Shown: positions 10,744 through 21,984 of the stretch, in pieces
Layout of the letters: each line of letters begins with the position of its first letter
How positions within the stretch are numbered: position 1 is the first letter of the stretch
Source of the DNA: Jimgerdemannia flammicorona
Lineage: Eukaryota
Reading direction: 5' to 3'
NCBI GenBank assembly: GCA_003990765.1
Contig: RBNJ01000215.1
Span: 1-36,509 of the forward strand
DNA length: 36,509 bases
The notes under the pieces: model-generated
Told to the model about the DNA's origin: nothing
Seen by the model: only the letters and a program-made list of their open reading frames with translations
The model's database searches: none
Made by a program: the position numbers and the translations under genes

Positions 10744-13700
10744 TTACCAATCAAGTTTTTTGTCCCCACAACCAGAGCCGCCGCCACACCCGCTTGTTAC
10801 AATGTCAACACCATCCATCTCACTATCCAGCTCGTTATTGACCCCCTCTAACTCTATGGATTTCTTAGCCGTTGAACTCTTTGTAATCAATAGCTTTTTC
10901 GTCGACAATACGGAGTTCAATGCCTCCACGGACGGCATCAAGGCGTACACCAGTCCGTCGTCGCCAATCTTCACGTCAAACGTCATCAAGTTGTATTTCT
11001 CTTCTTCTCCAGGTACCAAGCACTTGCCGTTTGTTAATGAAAATTCTTCTTGTGCATGCCGCACGAAACGTGGTGTTCCGTCTCCTTGGCCCCCAGCAGT
11101 CCTTGTGATACGTTTGTGTTTTGGGTGGCGTACCACTTATCTGTCGCGCTGTGGAATATTGAAATCTGACCTCGTCATACTTAAACGTCTCACCCGAATC
11201 CTTCGGGAAGAGATGGGCCGGCCCGACGGGAACCCAACTCCGTTCGTTGATTGACGAGGAACAACAGGGAATCCTTGGGCCAGTTAGCTTCGTTGTTGTC
11301 CGCGTTCAGTGATGTACTCGATTTTCTCCTGCCGTTCGTCGGAGTCATTCACCACCGCCGCCCATTCGCATTGATACGTCGATATTAGGTACTCCATCTG
11401 CGTCCCCAGCTCCGCAGCGATCCCCAGGCGATCTTCGATCCCACCTTCCATCTTCTCCAACCAGCGGGCCGTGCGCCAGCCGTCGAGATGTAGTATATCA
11501 GGAAGCGGTCAAGATAGCGGATGCAAAGTTCCTTGGAGGTGTCCGTGGCGAGTGGAGTGTTTGGTTTCGCGCCGCCGTTTCCGCACATGTAGAGGATGTA
11601 ACCTTTGTCAGTACCAATGAGCCCAAAGTCCTTGCTTTGGGCTTCCGTACATTCACGAACACATCCAGAGACGCCGCCTTTCAGATAATATGGTGTTGAG
11701 TTTAATGGCAGCGGCATTAGATTTGGAATTTTCTTTTGTTACATTGTAGAGGATGGGTTACCAACAAAATCCAAACTCACCTTATGCGGAGTTCGCAAAC
11801 CCTTATATTTGTTCCCAATCTTACGGCAAACCCCACGGAATCTCCGATACCGTAACGGCACCAAGTCGAACCAACACAACTCTGCGTATCGAAAATTAGA
11901 AATGGTTTGCTCAGAGAGCAAATCTTTCAGATTGCAGTGTCTTGTGTGATTGCAATGGATCGATGACCCACCTTTACGGTACGAATGGACTTGCCGTATG
12001 CCCTCCGGTCTCAAACCCGCAACGGACCTGTTTCTCCCAAATGTCTGGCAAATCTTGCTTCCTTGAGCCAAACATGTCGATGCGCTGACCGTCAGTAATC
12101 TTACCTGACGAATAAGAGGTTGATACAAAGTTATGAATTGGGTCCCAACCTTGTACATTTGTATTTTATGTCATACAAAACGTTTAAACTTACCAATGGC
12201 AACAAGCTTTTCCGGCGTAATCTCCCCGGCTGGGACGCGAGGACAACAGAATAGGTTGTTGTTAGGTCTAACTAACACGTAGAGATACATTATTTGACAA
12301 TGCCCCAGAAAAGCAACACATACGCACCTCGTTGGATGTTTGCCAAGAAACGATCGTTTGTATCTTGCAATGCCGTGTGATCTAATACGTGATCATTGTA
12401 GAGCGATGCTAGGATGGACGCCATGGCTGGCTTGCAGACTTCGCCCCCGATGACGTCACCATTTTTCCCAGCTACCTGCATGATCTCGGCAAACGTCTTG
12501 AGCTTCTTGAACTTAACGATCTCAAACAGTTTAGTGCGCGAGTACTCGAAATGATGGCAAACGTAGTTCTTCACGGTGACGCCCATCGCTTTCATCTCGG
12601 TCTCGAAGATCTCGGTTACTTGCGGAACGCATCCGCCACATCCTTAACGTGAGAAATACAAACATGTTAAGATCACATGGTTGGCTTCATCGAAGCAAAT
12701 ATCAATCAAAGTGGTCAACCAAGAAGTGGATGATAGCATACCAGTGCCAGTCTTGGAGCGCGACTTCACCTCGCCGACGCTGGTAAGCTTTTTCTCGCGA
12801 ATGACTTTTCGTATCGTCCCTTTTGTGACATTGTTACAAGAACAGACCTGCCCCTCGTCAGGAAGACTGTCTGCACCCACGACAGCGCCACCCTTTGTGC
12901 CGACGATAAGCTCGCCTGGAGGCATCGGAAGTAGCCTCTTCGACTTTCTGAGGGCGTGCAGCTTTGCGTAATCGGACATGTCGCCAACCATCATACCACC
13001 GAGAAGGTGCTTGCCGTCCTTGGAGAAGACGTTCTTCTTGTACACTCTACCAAAGGGGTCATTGTACACCAGCGGCTGCGAGATGTCGGGCCCGGAAAAG
13101 TAGTTCCCAAACCTCGCGACGTGGATTCCGAGAAGCTTGAGTTTGGAGGAGATGTCGCCACCGGAGAACTTCTTCTTCGGGGCCAGCTGGTTGCGGTGTG
13201 TGGTGAGGTTGCGGCTACGACTTCAGCCATTTCGTAACCAGGCGCGACGAGGCGCCGTGGTGGAGCGCGATCTCGCCGACTGCGAAGACATCGTCAGCGC
13301 TTGTTTCAAGGATATCATTGACTTGTACACCTCCGCGAGGATGGACGTCAATACCAGAGATGCGAGCGACATCGCCCCTTTATGAAGAAATAACAATGTT
13401 AAGTGTGTGCGGGACTTTGTATCATATAAGTAACAAACCAATCTGTAACAACTTTAGTAATGAGATACGGACGAATTTCAATCGCAAATACAACCATCGA
13501 CTCTTCAAGGAAGGTACCATCTTCCAACTTCAAACCCGCCACTGCGGCATTGCTATCGGGTATAATTTCGACCGGTGCATTACCGAGAGAAAATTGGATG
13601 TTGAGTTTTTCAATCTCTGCTGACAGTAGTAATGCACCATCATCATCTAGCTGCCGCCTTATCAAACGTGGGTTACGTTCAAAGATGGTGACCTGTAGGC

Positions 13701-14290
13701 CGAGGTCGAGTACGGCCTTGGCAGCTTTGAGGCCTAGCAAACCTCCTCCAACGACGGCTGCTGTCTTGACTCTCTTGGCGTATTCGATGATGGAGTCGAG
13801 GTCCCGGGTGTGCGGTAGACGAACACACCTTTTGAATTCATATTGGGACATTATGGTGGAAACGCGGTGGAGGATCCGGTAGTGAGAACGCAGTAGTCAT
13901 AGTCTACTCGATGACCCGATGATGACTCGATCCATTTCTCGGCGTGATTGACATAGGTGGCCTTCTGTCCCAGGTGGACGACAACTTTTTTTGCAGCGTG
14001 CCATTCGGGAGTTTGCAACAGGAGGCGAGAAGCGTCACGATGGCTAAAATATTGAGTCAAGCCAACACGGTAGTAGGCGACTTTGGGTTCGTTCGCAAAT
14101 AACAAGTACAGTTATTAGCACAAAGCAAAAGATAGAAAGAAAGTAAAAAAGAAGAAGAATAACTGCAATATCATGAGGCTCTTCACAGAAGACTTCTATC
14201 CTGCATGCCTTGTCGGTGTCATACTCTAGGATTTTTTCGATGAACGATAGACCCACCATCCCGAAACCCACCACGGCGATCGGTTGTCAT
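10744..14290 (-). pseudogene. niiA: Assimilatory NAD(P)H nitrite reductase, intron-containing, multiply disrupted
   Basis: Ordered motifs VVGFGMVG, GVFVYRT, VVGGGLLGL, KLKLLGIHVA, QVCSCNNVTKG, GCGGCVPQ, DTNDRFLANIQR, SCVGSTWCRYG, GVSGCVRECTEA, a Rieske remnant and terminal CGDKKLDW. In-frame stop at 13851-13853 and frameshifts near 13810, 13210, 11820 and 11045. Confidence 0.9.
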
Positions 14291-14475
14291 GCTATAGGAT
14301 TCCAAACAGAGGATGTCCGATCAGTCCTGCAATATGTATATATAAGCAATATATTGGCGGGTTTATTATAATCTGAATATGATGGGCCGACAATGATAAT
14401 GGTGTAAAACACCTGGAAGGAATGAAGATAGTCTTGGAGCCATGAGTAGAAGATAGCTGCCAAGGTAATATGTCC

Positions 14476-14845
14476 ATCCCGTTTTATCATAACTCCATTT
14501 CGCCTTCACCCCAGCACCACTCTTCTTTTTCAACACGCGCCGCCCTGCGAACAGCATCCTTGATATGGCGTGGTGTGTCGACAGCCCGACGAGTCCAACA
14601 TGGAACCCGCACGCTGTGAATGACTGCCGATGCAGAGCGAGCTATATGTAAGGAAACCCGAGTCTCCTAAATGGCGGGTAACAATTAAATGGATAGCGAC
14701 GATGGGAACGAGGAGAAATCCTGAAAAGAAGTGATAAGGGAGGAAGGTTTCGGTTTGAAGCATGGTTGGGGAAGAGCTTGACGTTTCGCCTATGGTACCT
14801 TTCTCGCTACTAATTTCCTTTCGCTTAAACGCGAATTCCTTGAGG
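14476..14845 (-). pseudogene. Mcp1-like copy, C-terminal half only
   Basis: KEFAFKRKEISSEK..FLPYHFFSGFLLVPIVAIH aligns to the intact 5032..5904 product; frameshifts and deletions. Confidence 0.8.
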
Positions 14846-14859
14846 GTCCAAAACATAAT

Positions 14860-16020
14860 TACCTCCCCAACTCCAACCTTACCTGTCTCAATCCAAGGTA
14901 TCTATTCATATTCCACTGCGACGACGACCTCCAAATCAAGTTCAAAGTGACAACGTCCCGACTTTATCGATGATGGAATCCCCTCCACCAGCGTATCAAC
15001 ACTTGCTAAGAGCTTTTGAACAATGACTCCAGCAGATAACACCGTCGGAAACTCCAAGTTCGTCGACTATAGTCAAATATCTGACACACCTGATAAAATT
15101 GCTGCCGAAACTCGTCAGTTCGGACACCATCGCCCCAATGTCATCATAGTGGTGATTCCGATCCCAGCATTTTGGTCGGAGTACATGGTGGAGAATATAG
15201 CGGCGACAGCCAATACAAGCAATATATTGAGGCATGTGCAATTAAATGGTGACTTGGTCTTATTTTGATGGACCGCAAGTCATAATGGTGTAAAGCGCCT
15301 TAAAGGAATGAAGATGGTGAGTACAACAAGCTAGCTGCTAAGGTAAGATGTCGGCGTCGGCAATATCCTCCAGAGCCACCTCGATTTTAACACACCAATA
15401 CAACTCCCCCACCTGACAAACTTGGCGGCAGCAGGTTGAACTGGTACCTCGATCAAATCATCGCCTATTATGTCGACCCCGATACCAATATCACTGTCCT
15501 ATTCGAAGAACAAGGTGAAACCGACATGGACATCGTGTATAGCCCCTTTCGCGAACACAATGACGAAAGTCTCCAAGAATCGGAACCCGACTCCAGCTCA
15601 CCACCCAGTGCCATTTTCCAAGCTTATTATATAGTTTTGGCAATCATCTCCGAGGCTAATGGTGTGTACCTGATAAAGTCGTAAAGTCACGCAAAATATG
15701 CTGCCGAATGAGCTTGATGCTGCTGGACAACCTTTTCCCTTGCCATAATCCCCTACAAGTGACATGCTGCAATTGTTCAGCACATCTATCGCCACCACTA
15801 ATCCTGTGCCGTACGGCAAGTGTCCTGACTGCAAGAGAAGGAAGAAGCGTTGTCGGTTCCACACCACCTCGGACCAAAAAGAGAAAAGGGCATCTCCAGG
15901 CAAAAATTGTGTTTGGTGCAAGAACAGTAACAAAAATGCTTTGCCAATGTATCATGCTCTCTTCGTAACCAACTCGGGAGGACCTGTCCTGGGAACAGCA
16001 CGCAGTCCACTGTAACTATT
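14860..16020 (+). pseudogene. Chimeric degenerate family-B / Zn(II)2Cys6 gene
   Basis: 14860-15350 follows family B (TVGNSKFVDYSQISD); 15355-16020 follows the Zn-cluster gene (CPDCKRRKKRC..CVWCKNSNK) with frameshifts. Confidence 0.75.
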
Positions 16021-16509
16021 ACGAAACTCTGCCACCAAAAACTGCAAAAAGCAACCACGAGGAGTGCAATTGAAAGAAATGCATATATATCGTCAAGTCG
16101 TGAGCTGGCTGCCAACTACCAATTCGAAATGACTCGATCTTTTCTCTCTCTGCCTTGTTTGCTATTTACTCACTCCCAATTTTTGCACGTCCCATCATTC
16201 CAGCATATGCCAGACTATTGGGCGACGCCCCGCCCCCCTTCGTCTATATAGAGACTGTTCAACTTCCCCCCACACATGACAACGTATACAGATCCTTTCT
16301 CTCTCTTGACATTAGCTCATCGAACCGGTGTGGTATGATTGTCGTCGAGGATACCTCGTAGTGCTCTAAGTATACAAGGATAGCATAATACTCTTACAAG
16401 ACCACAAGCGCCATCCGCCAGATTCTTCTCAATAGTCGTACGGTTTAGGTTCGAATCAATTAATTAGCAGCAAGGTTGATATTAAAACATTGTCGTGTTT
16501 GGATCTTAG

Positions 16510-17070
16510 TGAGTTGGCACAGCCGTGGTTTTGAGAGCAGGTTGCGTAAGAAAAATGTGCCTTTTATGCTCTAGTTAATACTATGTGGACAATTAATTAC
16601 AATAAACAGCCAACTGCTCGTCGTTGTCGAACATGTGACGCCTTAATGACCTACGAAGCCATCCCCCCCCCTTCCCAAAAAAAAAAAAAGAGATGAAATG
16701 TGCATATGGCAGGGTCAACGTCCCCGGTTGGCCCAGCTGGCGGCGGATTATTTCAATTAGCCCGCGATGTCTTCATGCTGGACGACGAGGGTTTGTGGGA
16801 ACGGTTCGGATTGACGAAGTGAACTGAGTGGACCAGAACACGGGGGGACTAGTTACCTCCCCATGTCAACAGAAAAGACAAAACATTCTTTGCTTTTCCG
16901 CCCGACGCGTGCAGTGTGACATCCTTCCGGCTTGCCGTGGGACCGACAAGAGCATAAAAGGTAGCTATGATTGTAAACTACTTATATTACTTTGTCGATG
17001 GGCGACGAATATTATCGGCGGGGAGATCGGTCCCGCTGCTTGTAAGCAACTGTCCCTATAGTAGAGCGAC
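16510..17070 (+). pseudogene. Family-C fragment
   Basis: Colinear with 28540-29175 (e.g. GCACAGCCG.GGTTT and CTCGTCGT.GTCGAACA; peptide SYDCKLLILLC). Confidence 0.55.
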
Positions 17071-17319
17071 GAATCTGGGCTTGAAAATGGTGTCGGGATA
17101 TCGGGGGTTGCTTTGGTGTTTAAAGGAGTATTAGGGAGATAGTCTGATCGCTTGTGTCGCTTGAACGGCTCATGAATTCGAACGGGTGGATGGGTATCGG
17201 GTAGCAAGATGAACGACATTCTTTATTGCACACTGCTTACACTACATTTCCTGCCTTGTTTTCTGGGTATGTCGTGTTTTCTAACAGCCAATACACTACA
17301 CTAATGCTCCATGGCAGCA

Positions 17320-18010
17320 ATGCCTCACTTCACTCAGCTAATCTCACCTCAACGAAATTTTGTTCGCCTTCCCAAACGCGACCAACCTACTAACCAGTAC
17401 GTCCGTCACACCCACCAACCACACAGCTACCTATCTTACTACCACACTGTTTCACCTTCTTCCAACCACCACTCTTCTTTTTCAACACGTCGCCCCAGAA
17501 CGGCATCCCTGATACAGCATAATATGTCGCCTGCCCAACAAACCCAACGTGGAACCCGTGATTGGCCAATGTTGCAGAGCGAGCGAGATGTAATAAAAAT
17601 CGAGGAAAGCCTCCGAAGGAAATAAGCGGGCAACAACGAGAAAGAAGGTTGGAGGAGGGGTTGGGGGAGAGGTTGGCGTTTCGACTACGGTATTTTTCTC
17701 ACTACTGCTTTCCTTTCGCTTGAACGCGAATTCCTTGGCGGTCCCGTCAAGAAGTGAACGGTGAAGGCAGCATAGGCAATGACAGGCTCAAAGAGACGGG
17801 CCTAGTAGAGAAGAAAGTAGCGGTTCGCGAGGTCGATGCTGTCGAGGTTGGCGACGGAGATCTGGAGAGCATGAGTGAGAAGGAAGGAGGGCAGAGGCTG
17901 GCTGGATGGTCGTCAGGTGCCATAAGTGCGGTAGACGTGTAAGGAGTTGTGTCGGAAACAGGAGTGGTATGGTCGCAAGGAGTGTGTATATATAGTGTCA
18001 TGGACAATGA
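17320..18010 (-). pseudogene. Mcp1-like copy, degenerate
   Basis: Colinear with 5040-5900 (e.g. GCGGTTCGCGAGGTCGA, TTTCGCTTGAACGCGAATTC); many indels. Confidence 0.8.
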
Positions 18011-18249
18011 CACGTGAGGAGTAAAATAAGCACCTGAAAACGTGAGAATAACACCGCAAGGGGAGGGACCCATGACTTCATTCCCACCCTATCAGAACCA
18101 GCAGTAAATTCGTGGGGCAAGAAGTCCCAAAATACGCATCTCTAAGCCACCTGTCGGACCCGAAGCCTCACGTGGGAAGTCTATTTAATTATATGGGGCG
18201 CAATTTTTCAAAAGGTGCCTTATGGCCTATCAGGATTAGTACCTTTTTG

Positions 18250-18700
18250 AAAAATTGTGTCCCATATTTGCTGCGACAATCAACAACGTGCTCCTCGATT
18301 TCATCAAAATTCAAGCACTGTCGATGAGCTTTTGAACCGGCATCCTGGCCGTCGAAAACGTCAGGTTCATCGACTTATAGTCGAATTTCCGACGTACGCG
18401 ATAAAATTGCTACCAAAACTCGCTAAATCAACTTCACTTCAGATACCGTAATTATAAATATCCCCCTCCAATACCAAAGTCGACTTGCAGGCTCGTAATA
18501 ACCTCGATATGGTGGGCTGCAAGTCAACCGACAACAATAATGGTGTACAGATGCAGTGAGGAAGGTTGGAATTTGGAGGCATGTTTTTTAATAAGCGGCG
18601 GGGAAGTTATGCGCTGGGAACCTTTTTTTTTTTTTTTTTTTTTTTAACGGACTCTGCGCTGGGAACCTTTATATGGCACGCGTCAAAAGAGTAGATCGCA
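18250..18700. pseudogene. Family-B remnant (+, 18250-18555) joined to the 5' end of a Zn-cluster gene (-, 18545-18700)
   Basis: GTTCATCGACTTATAGTCGAATTTCCGACGTACGCGATAAAATTG matches ~24165-24230; GTACAGATGC..GGAAGGTTGGAATT..GCATGTTTTT matches 21111-21200. Confidence 0.6.
18610..18670 (-). mobile_element. Ultra-short family-A retroposon insertion (9 nt + poly(A)) with TSD
   Basis: TGCGCTGGGAACC(TTT) is duplicated at 18610 and 18655 around T23-AACGGACTC; AACGGACTC is the terminus of the family-A copy at 30402-30410. The paralog at 21167-21203 lacks the insert. Confidence 0.85.
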
Positions 18701-18799
18701 TTTTCCAGGAATGGCGATTTCATAATCACCTTGTGAAATGTAACCAGAATTTTGTGAAACTGAGCCATTTTTGCCTCACACCACACGGCACAGACTAAG

Positions 18800-19040
18800 T
18801 GGCTCACGTGAACGGAAGAGACGACCAGGTAACAGGGGAGGGAAGGACAAGTGCAATGCTCCTTCGCTTTCCCCGAGGCGCGTGCACAGAGTGACATCCT
18901 TCCGACTGGTCATGGGGACTGACAAGGACAAAAGAAGTAGTTATTATTGTAAATTAATGATATTGCTTTGTCGATAGGCAACTAATATCTTCGGCGTCGG
19001 CAGATCGGCGCCCCTCTTGTGGCAACTGTCATGGTAGAGC
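18800..19040 (+). pseudogene. Family-C fragment
   Basis: NAPSLSPRRVHRVTSFRLV matches 28169..28546(-) and 22953..23135(+). Confidence 0.55.
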
Positions 19041-19588
19041 GACGAGTTTGCGCGTGAGAACGGTGGTCTGGATGTCAGAGGTTGTTTTGGTGTTTTAATG
19101 TGTGCAAAAAGATCGTCTGAATGGCTCACATTGGTCAATGAATCCGAACAGGATAGGTGGTAGTAAGATGAAGCATGATTGCAGCAACTAGCTTTGTCAT
19201 GCGTGTCATATTCTGGTGCCACCTAATTATATCCCTATACTCCGATTGGTCACCATAAGTTGCAGAGCTCTTAGCTATATGGTATACATACATCTTTAGA
19301 AATTTTCAATGACCATAGTTTATTAGGAAATGGGCATAAAACATAATAATAAACCTTATAAAGGGGGCTGAAAGCATATTCATAGAAGAGTGGGTATATG
19401 AAGTCGAGGCTACATAATACAAAAAGGCCGATCGAGGATGCCCCATATGTTAACGTGATACTCCGAAACCAATCAGTGTTGGCTTTACGTTTATGTAAAT
19501 TGGAAAAGTTGAGATCGGGCACCTCAATTTAGTAAATACGAAATGCAACTTTTCGGTGGAGCAGTTGGATGTGCACGTCGGTAGTGTT

Positions 19589-21181
19589 TTACAGTGTGTT
19601 GGGATCGGTTGTGTCGGTGTCGATGTCCTTGAGGTCGCGAAAGTATTCTCTAACAGGATGACATTCATGAGGGAAGAGACAGTGTTCCTTATTGAGAACA
19701 CTGTTGATCTTCCCGATACCGCCGTGCTTCTTAAGAATTTGGAGATATGGGTTGAAGTTATACCGATCGTGGCAGCCGTTGGTCCCCGAGACGATTTGAA
19801 GCAGAGATTTGAGAGTTTTTTTTCTAATATTCTCATCGGCATCATCAAGCTTGTTGCAGAGGTTTGTGATGATTGCAGTGGACTGCGTGTTGTTTCCAAG
19901 GCAGGTCCTATTGAGTTGGCCGCAAAGAGAGCACGGCACATTACCAAAGCATTTTTTGTTGCTATTCTTGCACCAAACACAAGCCATTCCCGGAGATGCT
20001 CTTTTCTCTTTCTTGTCAGTGGTGTGGAGTCGACAACGCTTCTTCATTTTCTTGCAGTCAGGACACTTGCTGCATGGTACGGGATTTGTGGTGACGATAG
20101 ACGTGCTGCGCAATTGCGGCGAGTCGCTTGTAAAGGATTGTGTCAAGATGGAAGGTTGTCCAGCGGTCGCATCAAGCTTGTTTGGCTTGACCTCCTCGAC
20201 ACCTTCAAGTACTATGGAATAAGTTTGGGGAATGACGCCAGGTGGCAGGCTGGGGTCGGGCTTCGACTGTTGAAGACTTTCGTCATTGCGTTTGTGAAAG
20301 GGGATTTTGTACACAATGTCCATGATGGTGTCACCTTCTTCGAATGGGACGGTGGTATTGGTATTGGGATCAAGATAGTTTTGGACATTATAGGCGACAA
20401 CTTTATCGAGGTACACGTTTAATCCACCGTCATCTTCGGTATCCTTGTCGCTGTCGTTCAGATTGTCAGATGGAGGAGTTGTGTTGGGATGCCTCTGGAG
20501 GATATTGCAGTAGCCGCCATATTCTTCACCACATTCTCCGGACGCGATATTAAGGTCGAAATCACTGCCGTGACGATATAGGGGAATTTCCACAATGTTG
20601 GTATCCAATTTGAAGTTAGTTTCGGTGGCATATTCATCGCGCATGTCGGGGATTTGACTGTAGTCAATGAACTCGGCGAAGTCTTCGACAGTGTGCGCGC
20701 TACGATCGTCGGTTACCTCTGACAGATTTTCTTCGGTCAGGATGCTGGGGTTATCTACGTTCAAAAAGCTTTCATCATTTAGCTCAATGTTTATGTTATT
20801 TATATTTAGATTCCCTTCGGCGTCTTGTAAATTGTTGAAACCTCCTTGATCGGTTGCGTTGGTGAACATACTGAAACCGGGTAGAAGGTCAAGATTGCCT
20901 CGGAATATGACCATGAACTTTTCATCGTCAGTGCAGATGTTTGACCCTAGCAAGTCTTGAAATTCGAGGTTGCTCATGCTGGTGGGAGAGCGTCGATCAT
21001 CCATGAAGTCGGGGGGCGTATTGGCTCGCTGATACGTTGAACTTGATTCGAGGTGTGTTTGGAGGTCGTCGTTGCAATTAAAGATGAATGAACACCTTAG
21101 ATTGGGACAAGTACAGATGCGGAAAGGAAGGTTGGAATTGGGGAGCATGTTTTTGAATAAGCTGTGGGAAGTGTTATGCAC
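19589..21181 (-). CDS. Intronless Zn(II)2Cys6 zinc-cluster protein, 530 aa, putative transcription factor
   Basis: Single ORF; exact CX2CX6CX5CX2CX6C motif CVWCKNSNKKCFGNVPCSLCGQLNRTC (19901-19981), preceded by basic CSKCPDCKKMKKRCRLH; long acidic N-terminal region. Alternative start at 21148. Confidence 0.85.
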   Translation of the reverse strand: MHNTSHSLFKNMLPNSNLPFRICTCPNLRCSFIFNCNDDLQTHLESSSTYQRANTPPDFMDDRRSPTSMSNLEFQDLLGSNICTDDEKFMVIFRGNLDLLPGFSMFTNATDQGGFNNLQDAEGNLNINNINIELNDESFLNVDNPSILTEENLSEVTDDRSAHTVEDFAEFIDYSQIPDMRDEYATETNFKLDTNIVEIPLYRHGSDFDLNIASGECGEEYGGYCNILQRHPNTTPPSDNLNDSDKDTEDDGGLNVYLDKVVAYNVQNYLDPNTNTTVPFEEGDTIMDIVYKIPFHKRNDESLQQSKPDPSLPPGVIPQTYSIVLEGVEEVKPNKLDATAGQPSILTQSFTSDSPQLRSTSIVTTNPVPCSKCPDCKKMKKRCRLHTTDKKEKRASPGMACVWCKNSNKKCFGNVPCSLCGQLNRTCLGNNTQSTAIITNLCNKLDDADENIRKKTLKSLLQIVSGTNGCHDRYNFNPYLQILKKHGGIGKINSVLNKEHCLFPHECHPVREYFRDLKDIDTDTTDPNTL

Positions 21182-21272
21182 CGCGGACTTTTATATGGAC
21201 GCGAAATCATCCTTGCATTCCAATATTCCCGAACGCGTAGGCACCAAATTTGGCGATTATATTTGAGCGGCG

Positions 21273-21512
21273 CTTCAGGCGCCTTATGTAACCAGGCGAC
21301 CTGCCCCCTTCAGGCGCCTTCAGGCGCCTTGTGTAACCAGGCGACCCGGCCCTTCAGGCGCCTTGTGTAACCAGGCGACCCCGGCCCTTCAGGCGCCTTG
21401 TGTAACCAGGCGACCCGGCCCTTCAGGCGCCTTGTGTAACCAGGCGACCTGCCCCTTCAGGCGCCTTGTGTAACCCGGCGACCTGCGCAAGCGCCTTGTG
21501 TGTAACGAGGCC
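21273..21512. repeat. 34-35-bp GC-rich minisatellite, 6 units plus a partial one
   Basis: Unit CTTCAGGCGCCTTGTGTAACCAGGCGACC(C/T)G(G/C)CC starting at 21273, 21318, 21352, 21387, 21421 and 21455; no unique spacers. Confidence 0.95.
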
Positions 21513-21984
21513 TGGACCTGCTGCGCATTGACAATCCACACATTTAGGTGAGAGCCATTCAGACGACATAATCCCTCTATTTAGACTTCCAACGCGAGTG
21601 TAGTTCTGCTATCTCATATTTTCGCAACGTCAACACATCCCAGCTCGCTGCGAAAAACTACCTGGCCAATTAGCCCTAGATTTTTATTTCCTCGGCGGCA
21701 TATACCCTTTCGCTTTCGAATTGATTTATTTTTCTTTTTATATATATCCTTTATGCTCGTTTGGGATGTCTATAGTTACGTTTCTTATACCTATGTTCAA
21801 ATAATCTAGGGGAACGGCGAGGGTCTGGAGCTCCGCTATATATTCCAATCAATTACAATTTTTTGCCTGCCAAAAGGGAGTTATTGAGATTGATCTGAGT
21901 CACATTCCCGTGACATGATGGCTTAGATAAAATAGCGGAGGCGAATATTAACAGTCACCGTGGCTTGTCCGCCCTTGCAATTGG

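Noticed and set aside
10744..14290. Bacterial nirB or contamination
   Set aside because: Intron-like interruptions with branch and acceptor signals, and a fused C-terminal Rieske remnant, indicate the fungal type.
19556..20422. 288-aa antisense ORF, echoed at 6726..7049 and 24986..25540
   Set aside because: Shadow frame of the Zn-cluster gene; start and length are not conserved between paralogs and it has no recognisable motif.
21273..21512. CRISPR array (34-bp repeats with an internal palindrome)
   Set aside because: Units are head-to-tail with no unique spacers, there are no cas genes, and the context is eukaryotic.
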